In this document: positions 24,726 through 35,795 of the stretch, piece by piece
How positions within the stretch are numbered: the first letter of the stretch is position 1
Layout: each line of letters opens with the position of its first letter
Source of the DNA: Felis catus
Taxonomy: Eukaryota
Direction of reading: 5' to 3'
DNA: 64,000 nt
Assembly (NCBI RefSeq): GCF_018350175.1
Contig: NC_058368.1
Location: 118,174,001 to 118,238,000 of the forward strand
Notes under the pieces: generated by a model
Seen by the model: the letters and a program-made list of their open reading frames with translations, nothing else
Databases searched by the model: none
What the model was told of the DNA's origin: nothing
Made by a program: the position numbers and the translations under genes

Positions 24726-25819
24726 AAAAACAAAATTTGCAAAATGTGCAGCCATTTGCTGGGTCAAATTCCTAGCTATTTATTCTTAGCTGTCTCCTTC
24801 AGAGAGAAGTGGATAACATTTTAGCCTTTATTAGAAAGGTCTATAAAAAATAGATTACTTATTATTCCTACTCCATTTTCCTCTGAGTAAAGGTGAATTT
24901 TCCTAAATATAGTAAAGTCTAAGTAAATGTTCTTTTCCTTGTCATGTTGTTCCTGTTTTGTTCATGATCTGGCATAACTCTTGTGGTCATATGCGGGAGT
25001 TAGTTTTCAGGCAAAGTGTTGCTGTTTCTTTTTCTGCCTGACTGTGAAGGACAGAACCTATGTAGTCATTCCGGAGGCTGCTGCTCTAGGTAGAAGAACA
25101 ATGATGAGGTTGATGAAGTGTCAGAAGACAGCAAAATCCGCTCCATTCCAACTTTTTAATTAGGAGTCCTGATGAATGGCTTGCTTGTAAAATATTCTTT
25201 CACTGAGAGACACCCCCGTCCAGTGAGGAAAGGTGAGGAAGTACATGATGAGATAAAGCAGGGCAGTCTGTCTCTGTCTGCTTTATCCCGAGTTTGTCCA
25301 GCTCACATCCAGGGCCTGTAGCTGCCTGTAACTGCCATAAATAATGTCCCAGGGGTTTCCAGAGGCTTCCACAGGCCAGAGCTGCCACTGTAACATGTAT
25401 TACCATGGAAACATGTGAGGGTTGGGAGTTGCCTGTTACCATTTTCTTCTTGTAGAACTTTGGTTTAGATCCAGGGTTTCCCACAGGTTTTTTGTGTGTT
25501 TTCTAGATGGAGCCTTAAGATTTTGGCTCTTGTGGGATGAGCTACTTCCAGGTACTTGTGGTCATGAAGCCAGAAGGTTTTTCTGGAGCTGTCATTACTG
25601 AATAGCCTAGGAGACTTATGAGCGAGGACCAAAATTTTGCCAAGTTTGTATCTCAGAGGAAGTACTCTGAATGTTTCCCTCGCTGTGTCGTGATAGATGT
25701 GTGTTTTAATAATTTCTAGGACCCTGTGGATATTATCACTGGGACATAGCCACATTTCTTTCCTCCAAGTGAATAGAGATGTCCAATAAAGGCATCAAAG
25801 CTAGAAAGTGTGATTTAAA

Positions 25820-26029
25820 ATTTGTTTTATGTTTATTTATTTATTTTGAGAGAGAGGCAGAGAGAGCATGAGCAGAGGAGGAAGAGAGAGAAAGACACAG
25901 AATCCGAAGCAGGCTCTAGGCTCTGAGCTGTTAGCACAGAGCCCGACTTGGGGCTCAAACCCATGAACTGTGAGATCATGACCTGAGCTGAAGTCAGGTG
26001 CTCAACTGATTGAGCCACCCAGGTGCCCC
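25820..26029 (-). mobile_element. SINEC
   Basis: Reverse-complement element. Confidence 0.92.
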
Positions 26030-26062
26030 TAGTCACTTACATTCTTAATATTGGATTCATAA

Positions 26063-26295
26063 TTTTTATTTCTTTTTAAAAAATATTTATTTTGAGAGAG
26101 AGAGAGAGAGAGAGCGAGCACAGGTGTGTGGGGACGCACGAGTTGGGGAGGGCAGAGCGAGAGGAAGAGAGAGAATTCCAAGCAGGCTCTGCACTGTCAG
26201 CACATAGCCCAATGTAGGGCTCGAACCCACAAATCTCAAGATCATGACCTGAGCCGAAGACAGTTGCTCAACCGACTGAGCCACCCAGACACCCC
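26063..26295 (-). mobile_element. SINEC
   Basis: Reverse-complement element. Confidence 0.92.
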
Positions 26296-26645
26296 AGACA
26301 GTGTGCTTATATATGGATGAATGAGGTGCAGGGGAAAGAGTTTCTAGGAATAGAAATAGGGACCCTTCATTATAATTTTGCAAAACATGATTTCTAGACT
26401 GTGATCTTTGGACATTTGTAGAGAGCTGGAAATACAGGGGGTTCAAAAGAAAATGTAACTCTCCGTTCCCTCTAGCCCCTGCTGACCTCTAATCTATTGT
26501 AGGTATTTCTTGTCGATAGAGTCATACAACATTTGTCCTTTTGTGTTTGGCTTCTTTTACTTAGCATAATGTTTTCAAGGTTCATCTATGTTGTAGCGTG
26601 TATTAGTACTTTGTTCTTTTCATGGTCGAATAGTATTTCCCTGTA

Positions 26646-26866
26646 TTTTTTTTTTTTAATTTTTTTTTAACGTTTATTTATTTTTGAGACAGAAACACAG
26701 CATGAATGGGGGAGGGGCAGAGAGAGAGGGAGACACAGAATCGGAAACAGGCTCCAGGCTCCGAGCCATCAGCCCAGAGCCTGACGTGGGGCTCGAACTC
26801 ACGGACCGCGAGATCGTGACCTGGCTGAAGTCGGACGCTTAACCGACTGCGCCACCCAGGCGCCCC
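26646..26866 (-). mobile_element. Young SINEC with TSD tatttccctgtattt, inserted in an old L1 (about 26460-26990)
   Basis: CpG-rich copy; flanks tttggcttcttttacttagcataatgttttcaaggttcatc and tcatctgttgatggac are L1 3' region. Confidence 0.95.
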
Positions 26867-27533
26867 ATATTTCCCTGTATTTATATACCACATTTTGTGT
26901 ATGCATTCATCTGTTGATGGACGCTTGGTGGCTTCCACGTTTTGGCTATTGTGAATAATACTGTTGTGAATGTGGTTGTGTATGGATCCTTGCTTTCTCT
27001 TCTTTTCCACCCCCACTTTTTAATTTAAATTGGGCGTGTATGTGGGAAGTCTAGTTTCTAAGAACCTGGTATTTTGTCTGAATGCAGTCCTGTTCCTGGT
27101 ACTTGGCATTCTGAAAGTATTTGAGCAATTCCCCCAATTTCTTTGTTCATTAGTCTCCTCAGTATCCTGGGAGAAGGAGGAAGGAGGTCACAATTTGGGT
27201 ATTCGGAAAGGGGACTCCAGGTCATGGTCCAGAGTCCGTCAGTGGAGCAAGCCTCTGTGCCCAACTTTCTCAGGTTGTGGTGTAACGGCTTACTTGGGTT
27301 GAAGTAGTCTTTGATAAATATTTCACATGATGTCCTTTATCTAGCCTTTTGCTACATTTCACTATAGTTTGCCACCTCATCAGGAGAGGACTTAAGGTTA
27401 GGGACAAAAGTATCAAGTGAGAAGTAACTTTCCCACTCTGAAGGATCTGCTTTTATTTGTAAGATATGTCTGAATATACCCAGACTCAGATAACTCAGCT
27501 AACTCCTTACTCATTTAGAAAATTGGCATTAGA

Positions 27534-27751
27534 GGGGTGCCTGGGTGGCTCAGTTGGTTAAGCATCTGACTTCTGCTCAGGTCATGATCTTTGGGTTCAA
27601 GGGTTTGAGCCCTGCATTGGGCTCTGTGCTGACAGCTCAGAGCCTGGAGCCTGCTTCAGATTTAGTGTCTCCTTCTCTCTCTGCCCCTCCCCTGCTCATG
27701 CTCTGTTTCTCTCTCTCAAAAATAAATAAACATTAAAAAATTAAAAAAAAA
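27534..27751 (+). mobile_element. SINEC
   Basis: Canonical; TSD-like aattggca. Confidence 0.93.
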
Positions 27752-28361
27752 AGAATAATTGGCAATAGGGTCAGTCTGAACTACAAGAAATATGGGGAAT
27801 AGATTATGATTACCTTCAAGCATGTACCTTTGGGACCAAGAGCTTAATAGACTTTTCTTAATTAAAAGATAGCTATAATTTATTTTTAAGTAGCTTCATT
27901 TGTATACAGTAGAGGCTACAGTCATTTAAAAAATGGTTGTATTTTTTTAAGCAGCAAAATTTATCCTCCAGTGTTGCTAGTTTGCTTATTATACTTCTCT
28001 TGATAAACATTGTAAAGAGTTCAGTTTCATCCAAACCTTTCTTACCATAAATTACTATCCTGGAAAGACTAAAACTGTAAGATTTTGTTTTATATAACTG
28101 GGCTTGCCCTCTTGGAAGACTGAATATATAGTGGTTTTTGTTTGTTTTTTATCTTATAAGCTTTCTTTTGCCCCTAAAGCATGACAGACCCTCCCCACTA
28201 CCACTCTTCTGCCACTGCCTGCCACCAAGGCTAAGGTTCTCACCCTGGAGCAACTCCTTTGGCTTAAAACCCTTCATTTCCAGGAAGCTGTTCAATCTAA
28301 GGTTGGTGTTGGTGTTGGTAGTCGTGGTGTGTGTGTGTTTCTATTTCAGAGATGCTCTTTA

Positions 28362-28573
28362 AATGGTTTTTTAATGTTTTTATTTTTGACAGAGTGAGAG
28401 AGGGACAGAGACAGAGCATGAGTGGGGGAGGGGCAGAGAGAAAGGGAGAGAGAGTCCAAAGCAGGCTTCAGACTCTGAGCCATTAGCACAGAGCCCGACA
28501 CGGGGCTCGAACCCATGAACTGTGAGATGGTGACCTGAGCTGAAGTCGGACACTTAACCAGTTGAGCCACCCT
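28362..28573 (-). mobile_element. SINEC
   Basis: Reverse-complement element. Confidence 0.92.
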
Positions 28574-29017
28574 GTCACTCAGTCTGGCCACATTGTTACG
28601 GTCCCAGGTTTGCATGGGAATTTATGCTCACCCCAGGAGCAAGGGGCGGCTGTTGACCTCCATCTCAGGGTAGACTTAAGAAAAAACATGGTATGGAATT
28701 GGAGTCTTCAGAAGGCTCACGCCAACAGAGGTGTTTCAAATTCAAAAGCGTCGTACGATTGTTACCTTTTTCATTAGAGGCAGAGCTTGTACGTTCCAAA
28801 TTCATTAGGATTTTTAGTGAATAGGATGTTTTTGGTCTTGTACTTTAGGAACACTCATTAAATTGATTAGCCTTTCAAAATAATGCAACAGAAGTTAAAA
28901 TGGGTTTATCAAAAGGGCCAAATTACAACAATGGTAATAATAATTTATGAAGTTCATACTTCCCTCATAGTTGCATGTGATCCTCACAACAGCCCTGATT
29001 TGGGATTCATTCTCTTC

Positions 29018-29193
29018 ATTTTATTATTATTATTTTTAAATGTTTATTTATTTATTTTGAGAGAGAGAGAGAGAGAGAGAGAGAACATGCATGGGGGAGC
29101 CCTGATGCAGGGCTCCATCCCAGAACTGTGAGATCATGACCTGAGCTGAAACCGAGAATCGGACACTTAACCACCTGAGCCACCCAGGCACCC
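29018..29193 (-). mobile_element. SINEC with internal deletion, TSD tctcttcattt, inside a MIR
   Basis: Head and tail present, middle body missing. Confidence 0.88.
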
Positions 29194-29769
29194 TACTCTC
29201 TTCATTTTAGAGGAGATAGGGTGGAGATTTTAAGAGGTTAAGCAGTTGCCCAAATCACACAGTGGGATTTCAACCCCGGCTCCCTGCCCTCCCACCTCCC
29301 TGCTCTGAGCCTCCTTCAGTGAAAGAAAAGATACACAACAACATCTTTCTGCTCTTAAGCACAATTTTAACCAATTTATCTCAGCAAAATAGCATCATCT
29401 GTTACATTTTTGTCCACATGTTAGATTTTATTGGTATCATTTTGCTTATAACCTCTTTATAAGTAAATCATATATATTTATTTGTAGATGGTTTGGTTTG
29501 TGTAGATGGTCTCAGGCTTATAAGCCTGAGAGTTTATACCTAGTTTTATGTATTTTTGTGTATTTAAGTAATATTATAATAAAAATGGCTTAGGTCAACA
29601 TGGGCAGCCCACAGTATTAAGTCATTAACACCCTCAGCACATTAACACTGTTTACTTTAAATAAAATCCCTTAATAGCCCAAGAGACTGGACATATTTGA
29701 TGGACCAGGAGTGAAGAGGTAAGAAGGAGGCTCAAAACGGAGCGTGTGTTCAGAAATAGCCCCACGGCT

Positions 29770-30090
29770 GGTTGCAGGGTACCAAGGAGGGAGGAGGGGT
29801 CGAGATCTGTTTTCTCTCAGCGCGTTGAAGACCACGTTCTCCTCTCTCTTGGCCACTGCCGTTGTGCTGGAAAGTCTGCTGCCGGCGTAAATGCCACTTT
29901 GCAGGCAGTCATTCTTTCCTCCAGCTGTTTTTAAGATACTCTCCGTGGTTTTCTCAGTCCTCACAACTCTTCGCCCAGATGTGGCTGTAGTTCTGTTTCC
30001 ACCGCACAGGAATCCACGTGCTTCCTGAAACTTAGGATTCATGTCTTTCATCAACATTGGGAAATTCTTGGTAAAAATCTCATCCAATAC
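29770..30090 (-). mobile_element. Old L1 ORF1 (RRM/CTD) fragment, GC-shifted
   Basis: ORF 29671-30087 (EIFTKNFPMLMKDMNPKFQEA...ESILKTAG...LSSTTAVAKRE...VFNALREN) parallels L1 ORF1p. Confidence 0.8.
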
Positions 30091-30277
30091 GGTCTGTCCC
30101 TGTTTCTACTTGTCTCTCGTATTGCAGTTCCTTTTCGTTCTCTTCTCCCTAGCTCTTCTTGACCTCTTGTTGATCTCACCATGTTACATTTTTGTTAATT
30201 TCTTCAGATGTATTTTTCTCTTTACCCATACTCCTTGGATACAAGGATCCAGTATAATATTTAGCGCATTTGTTAGG

Positions 30278-30305
30278 ATTTTTTAAAAAATGTTTATTTA
30301 TTTAT

Positions 30306-30341
<36 letters not shown>

Positions 30342-30522
30342 TGTGTGTGTGTGTGAGTATGAGCAGGGGAGGGGCAGAGAGAGAGGAGAAAGAGAATCCC
30401 AAGCAGCCTCTGTGCTGTCAGTGCAGAGCCCAACACGGGGCTCAAACTCACTGACTGTGAGATCATGACCTGAGCCGGAATCGAGAGTCAGACGCTTAAC
30501 CAACTGAGCCACACAGGCACCC
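30278..30522 (-). mobile_element. SINEC with TSD taggattttt
   Basis: Reverse-complement element with (GA)n(GT)n. Confidence 0.92.
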
Positions 30523-30574
30523 TAGGATTTTTTTTTTTTTTTTAGTGGAAGAGAGAAGAATAGTTCATCGTTTA

Positions 30575-32480
30575 CATTTTTAAACAACTTTATTGAGATA
30601 ACATTTATGTACAATAAAGCACACCCACCTAAACTGCATAATTAGATGAGTTCTGATTAATGTGTATGCCTGTGAAACCCCCACTATAGTCAAAACACAG
30701 ATCATTTCCATCACTCCTAAGAGTTTCCTTGTGCCCCTTTGGGAAGTCTTCAGCAATTACTTCTTCACATATTTTTTCTGGCCTTTTTTCTTTCTCCTCT
30801 TCCTTTGGAATCCCAGTTGTATGCATATTGAACATTTGAATATCGTTCCCTCAGGTCTCCGAGGTTCTTCTCAATCTTTATTCTTTCTGTGACTCTGTCT
30901 TCAAGTTCACTGAATGTTTCTTCTGCCATCCTCCATAGATAATTGAGCCTATTTAATAACATTTTTATATCTCAGTTTTTGTGCTTTTTAGATCTAGAAT
31001 TTCTCTTTTGTTTTTAGTTTCCATTTTTCTATTGAGAATTCCTAGCTGTCCATTCAGTACAATACTGTATTTTCCTTTACTTCTTTCAACATTTTTATAA
31101 TAACTGCTTTCAAGTCTGCTAAATTCCACATCTGGAGGCATTCACAGTCAGTTTCTATTGGCTGCCTTTTCCCCTGAATACAGAATGCACTTTAACAATT
31201 CTTTGCATGTCTAGTAATTTCTGGTTGAAAATTGAGCCCTATAGATGATACGTTATGGCAACTCTGGATTCTCTAGTAATCTTCGGAGGTGTATTTTTTT
31301 TTTCTAGTAGGCAGTTAACTTGTCTGGACTCCAGTGTCCCTTTTGCCACCGTTGGGATATACAGCATTGAATATCTCTGTTCTTGTGATGTCTCATTGCT
31401 ATTTGTTTCACCTGGCCCTTTGGGAGTTTTCTGCTTCTTATAATTTAGTGGTTAGTCAAGGATTTCAACAGAGATGGAGGTCACTGTCTTTGGATTTTCT
31501 TGCTTCTTCTAGAGGTTCTCCTCTCCCTAATTTCTAGCTCTTTGGCTGGTTTGGGGCTCTGTCTCTGACCTTTCAAGCCTATAGGATTCAATTTTCTGGC
31601 ACCTGACTTGTGCATGTTTGGGAAGTTAGCTCCGTTTAAAAAAAAAAAAAAAGGCAGCAAATTCACAGATAGAGCCACACACAGCTTTCCTATCCAAGAG
31701 CTGATTGCTTTCTGGTTTCTGCCCACTTTTTCCCTAGTCCCCTTAGTGCCTCTTCCCACACATGCGTAGTTTAGCTCTTGGCCAGGGATTTGGGCAGAGT
31801 TTATATTCAGAGTTTTATACTCCTTCTGTGGTTTTTCTGCTGCCAGTACTTTTCCTGTAGATTTCTACCTACGTTTTCAGCCTTGAACTCTGATCTCTGG
31901 CACCTTAGCTGGTAAGGCTGTGGTTTTCCACTGCTATTTTTTTTTTTTTTTTTTTTTTTTTTTACAGCCAGAGCTGTAAGGGTTGGGCATCACCCTTAGT
32001 CCAGGAAGACATAAACTCTCAATTCTGACCCCTTCCTGTGGCAGTTTTTTGAGATTAAACTTTCTTGCTTCTGTCAGCTTTTGGACTCTCTCCAGGGTCC
32101 CAAGTATCTTTAAATAGTTGCCCTTCAAGAAATATTTCCTTAATCTTATTTTATTATTGTTATCTATGGGAGGGCTTTATGTCCACTTCACTCCTCTGAC
32201 ATTTCTGGAAGCAGTCCACCTATTAGGTTTTTAATTTCAGTATCTCTATTGTTAATTTGAAGTTTTATTTCATTCCTATCTGAGTTAAATCTTCCTGGTG
32301 TTCATGATAGTCTTTTTATTTGTCACACTGTAAGTCCCTTTTGAAAAATGTATTTGACCACTTTAAATGTACCTATTTATGGTCTGTATCCAGTTAATAT
32401 CCAATAATTACAGCACCTTAAATTCTTGTTTACTGACTTCCTCTTGTTCAACTTTTTATAAACAAGTTTTGGATTGTTTG
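30575..32480 (-). mobile_element. Old L1 fragments (3' end, ORF1 coiled-coil region and 5' region)
   Basis: ORFs 30629-30835 (GIPKEEEKEKRPEKICEEVIAED) and 30765-30962 (MAEETFSELEDR) are L1 ORF1p-like. Confidence 0.7.
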
Positions 32481-33027
32481 CTTGTACTTGGTGTCTAAAG
32501 ACTATCATGTTCCATTGTCTTACATGAATCTCTAAGGCTAAGGGTTCCTAGGTGAGGCAGGTAGTGTAAATTTGTAGCCCAATTCTGCTTGAGGCTAGGC
32601 TCATGATTATAGATTCCTAGAGGGACACCTTCCTCTCTCATGTTACAGAGCTGAGAACAGCCACATCCCCAGGCCAATAGGTAGACTTCCCCCCCCCCCC
32701 CCCGATCCATCCTTTCGCTGACAGTACACCTCTTTGAAACTCCTGGTTAGCAGTAGGTTCAGTTACAGTTTCTGTTTACCTCCAGCTCAAGACCTCTCTT
32801 GCGCCACCACACTCCCCATGAACTTTTAAAACTTAATCTATCTGTTTACCATGAGAAATGAGATGAATTCCCAATACTGTCAGTTCTCACTTACCACTCT
32901 GGTTTTTTATTTTCTAATTGATTTGACTTTCTACTCTGGAAGGTTTTGAACAGAAAAAAATTAAGAAGAGTACAATAAACTCCCATACACTTATATTTAT
33001 TTGTTGTTAACATTTTTCCCACTTGCT

Positions 33028-33030
33028 TGC

Positions 33031-33068
<38 letters not shown>
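33028..33068. repeat. (TG)n microsatellite
   Basis: Read directly. Confidence 0.92.
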
Positions 33069-33269
33069 TCCTGAACCATTGTAAATTATATACATCATGA
33101 TATTTTACCCCTAAATATGTTATCATGAATCTCTAAAAATGAGGCTTTTCTTTAAAAAAATTGTAGTACTATTTTAATACTTAACAAATTGCATTAGTCA
33201 GGATTCTCCAGAGTAATAGGACCAAGAGAGGGAAAGAACATGTATGTATATAAGGGGTAGGAGAGAAAA

Positions 33270-34200
33270 AGAATTATCTAAGAAATTTTCCCAGAAAATT
33301 CTCTAAAGCCAAAAGTCATGTGTTTCTAGTCTGAAAGGGTCCACCACTAGTCTACCACGATGTATAACAAGAGCCACACCAAGGCACATCATTATAATGT
33401 TTCAAATACTGGAGCCAGAGATGATGATGAAAACTTCCAGAGAAAAAAAGAGGTAATATTCAATTGATCAGGAATCAAAATGACATTATACTTCCTTACA
33501 GCAGCACTGTAGCTTAGGGGACAACAGAGTAATGCCTTCATGTTTGTGAGGGAGAATAATTTACAACTGAGACTTCCATACCCAGCTAGACTGTCAAATG
33601 AAGACAGAAGACAGAAACACCTTCTAAAAAGAAACTTTCTATTTACCATTTGTGAAAAAAGCTATTAGAGGAAATATTAAACAGAGAGGGGCTAAGTCAG
33701 GAAAGAAGGTTGCATGGGGTCCTGAAATAGTAAATCTCAAGCAGAGAGAGGCACAAGGAATCCCAGGAAAATAATGGCAGGAAGCCATTAGGTGATAGCA
33801 CTGCCAAATGCTATGGGGCACAGATCCGGGGGCTCCAGAAGGGACATCTCAATGAAAATTGAACTGATAAAAACATGTAGTTGATTGTATTTAGAGTCTT
33901 TTTAGAGTTTGTCAGAAAGTTTGGGGTTAAATTAGTGATGAATAAGATGAAAATGAAAGAAATGAAAGATACTTGTATGAAAAATGACAAAATCATCCCC
34001 TGGCTTATATGTAACTAATAGTTTCAATGCGTTAGTAATGTAAATATTGAATCTTGGACTAACCAGTGGTATGACTCTATAGGCAGGATGGGAAGGGCCT
34101 CGGGATGGGGTGGAAGTTATGTCTGTGGCTGGTGGTGTATAGTGTAAAAAGCTAAATCTGTATCTTCCAGAGAATGAAACTAATAGATACTGTTTAATAG
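33270..34200 (+). mobile_element. Old L1/HAL1-like ORF1 region
   Basis: ccacaccaaggcacatcattat (TPRHII), agagtaatgccttca, catacccagctagactgtcaa (YPARLS). Confidence 0.7.
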
Positions 34201-34225
34201 ATACTGTTTAGAAATACGAAGTTAA

Positions 34226-34452
34226 GGGGTGCCTGGGTGGCGCAGTCGGTTAAGCGTCCGACTTCAGCCAGGTCACGATCTCGCGGTCCGTGAGTTCGAG
34301 CCCCGCGTCGGGCTCTGGGCTGATGGCTCAGAGCCTGGAGCCTGCTTCCGGTTCTGTGTCTCCCTCTCTCTCTGCCCCTCCCCCGTTCATGCTCTGTCTC
34401 TCTCTGTCCCAAAAATAAATAAACGTTGAAAAAAAAAATTAAAAAAAAAAAA
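34226..34452 (+). mobile_element. Very young SINEC with 17-bp TSD agaaatacgaagttaag
   Basis: Near-consensus, CpGs retained, perfect TSD. Confidence 0.96.
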
Positions 34453-34779
34453 AGAAATACGAAGTTAAGTATCAGGAGAAATATCTAGAAGAAATAAAAT
34501 TGGTTGTGTTCTAGAGAGCAGGAACCAGAAGTGCAATGGGAAGGGCTACTACTGTTACAAACTTCCTAATACTGTATTTTTTAAACTATGTACCTGCATT
34601 AGTTTGATTTTAAAACTGTTACTTAGATATAAAAAACTCATTGATTTCAGAATTTCAAGTACTCTTTGTAATTAATTAACTGTGACACGTGGCAAGATGC
34701 ATCGTGACATCACCATATTGGTAAAGGTGTAAGTATTCCTCACCTTCTTCAGGGACAGGGTATTCCACCTCCTAAATTT

Positions 34780-34930
34780 GCACTGTCCAACGCACTAGTC
34801 TCTGGGCATGCAGAACTATGTTAATTAAAATGAAATAAAACTCAAACTTCAATGTTTTAGTTCTAGTAATCACATTTCCTCGCGTTCAATAGCCACATGT
34901 GGCTAGTGGCTATCGTATTGGGCACCACTG
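34780..34930. mobile_element. MER3/MER33-like hAT relic
   Basis: cactgtccaa...atagccacatgtggctagtggctatcgtattgg motif. Confidence 0.6.
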
Positions 34931-34989
34931 TCCCAAATCATTCTCAGATTCATCTCTTCTAACCAGCTCATTGCCAGTCTTTTTGAGGC

Positions 34990-35250
34990 AGTATGCAGTA
35001 GTGATGGAAGGTACGGGTGCTGGAGTCAGACTACATGAGCTCAGGTGTGGGCTTCAGCACCTCCTAGCTATGTGACTTTGGGCACATCATATACCGCTCA
35101 GTGCTCCAGCTTCCCCGTCTGTAAAATGAGCTCAGTAATAGCACCAGCACCTCCTAAGGGTGGTAAGGATAGCCTGTGATAATGCATTTAAATGAAATGC
35201 TTAGCATTGTGCCTGGCCCATGGTAAGCACTCAGAAAAGGTTACTTACTG
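34990..35250 (+). mobile_element. MIR SINE
   Basis: ctagctatgtgactttgggca...tctgtaaaatgag...tgcttagcattgtgcctggcccatggtaagcactca. Confidence 0.8.
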
Positions 35251-35258
35251 CAGCTAGT

Positions 35259-35321
35259 ATCATCAACATCAACATCAACATCAACATCAACATCAACATC
35301 AGCATCATCATCATCATCATC
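35259..35321. repeat. (ATCAAC)n/(ATC)n microsatellite
   Basis: Read directly. Confidence 0.93.
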
Positions 35322-35449
35322 CTCTGCTACATATCTCTTCAGCTATTTCTGAGGTTACATATAGCACCTATGGATTGTCTCCATACAAACCAACACATTC
35401 CCCTCGAGAGCCTGCCTCTCTCTCTCTCTCTTTTTTTTTCCCTGCCCAA

Positions 35450-35795
35450 GGACTTCCTTGGGTATTATACAAGTTTGCTCAGTCTGGAGGCACAGCAGCC
35501 CAAAAGTGCTGAGATTTACACCTCCAGGCAGGGGAAGCCGTTGACTGGAGAAGGATGGCGTTATTTGGAGAAGGATCCTACTTCCATCACTGGGGCAATT
35601 CTAAGGTGTCTTCTCCACAGTTCCCCAGAGGCTGCCAGGGGAACTGAGCCTCATTTGTCCACAGCAGTGACCTGTTCACTGAGGCATTGTTGGCCCTTCT
35701 CCCATCCCTGTCTCACCAGTGCTTCTTGGGATCTCCTCCCAGCCGGCACCCAAATCGTGGTCTCAGGGTCTGTCTGGGAGAACCAACACTAAGAA
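35450..35795 (+). mobile_element. LTR16-like ERVL LTR
   Basis: Ends cttgggatctcctccc...gcacccaaatcgtggtctcagggtctgtctgggagaaccaacactaaga. Confidence 0.7.

Noticed and set aside
34181..34210. 14-bp tandem duplication taatagatactgtt
   Set aside because: Ordinary slippage duplication inside an old repeat.
35220..35792. Longest ORF in the track (190 aa)
   Set aside because: Made of a MIR end, an (ATCAAC)n microsatellite and an LTR16-like element; no protein-family signal.
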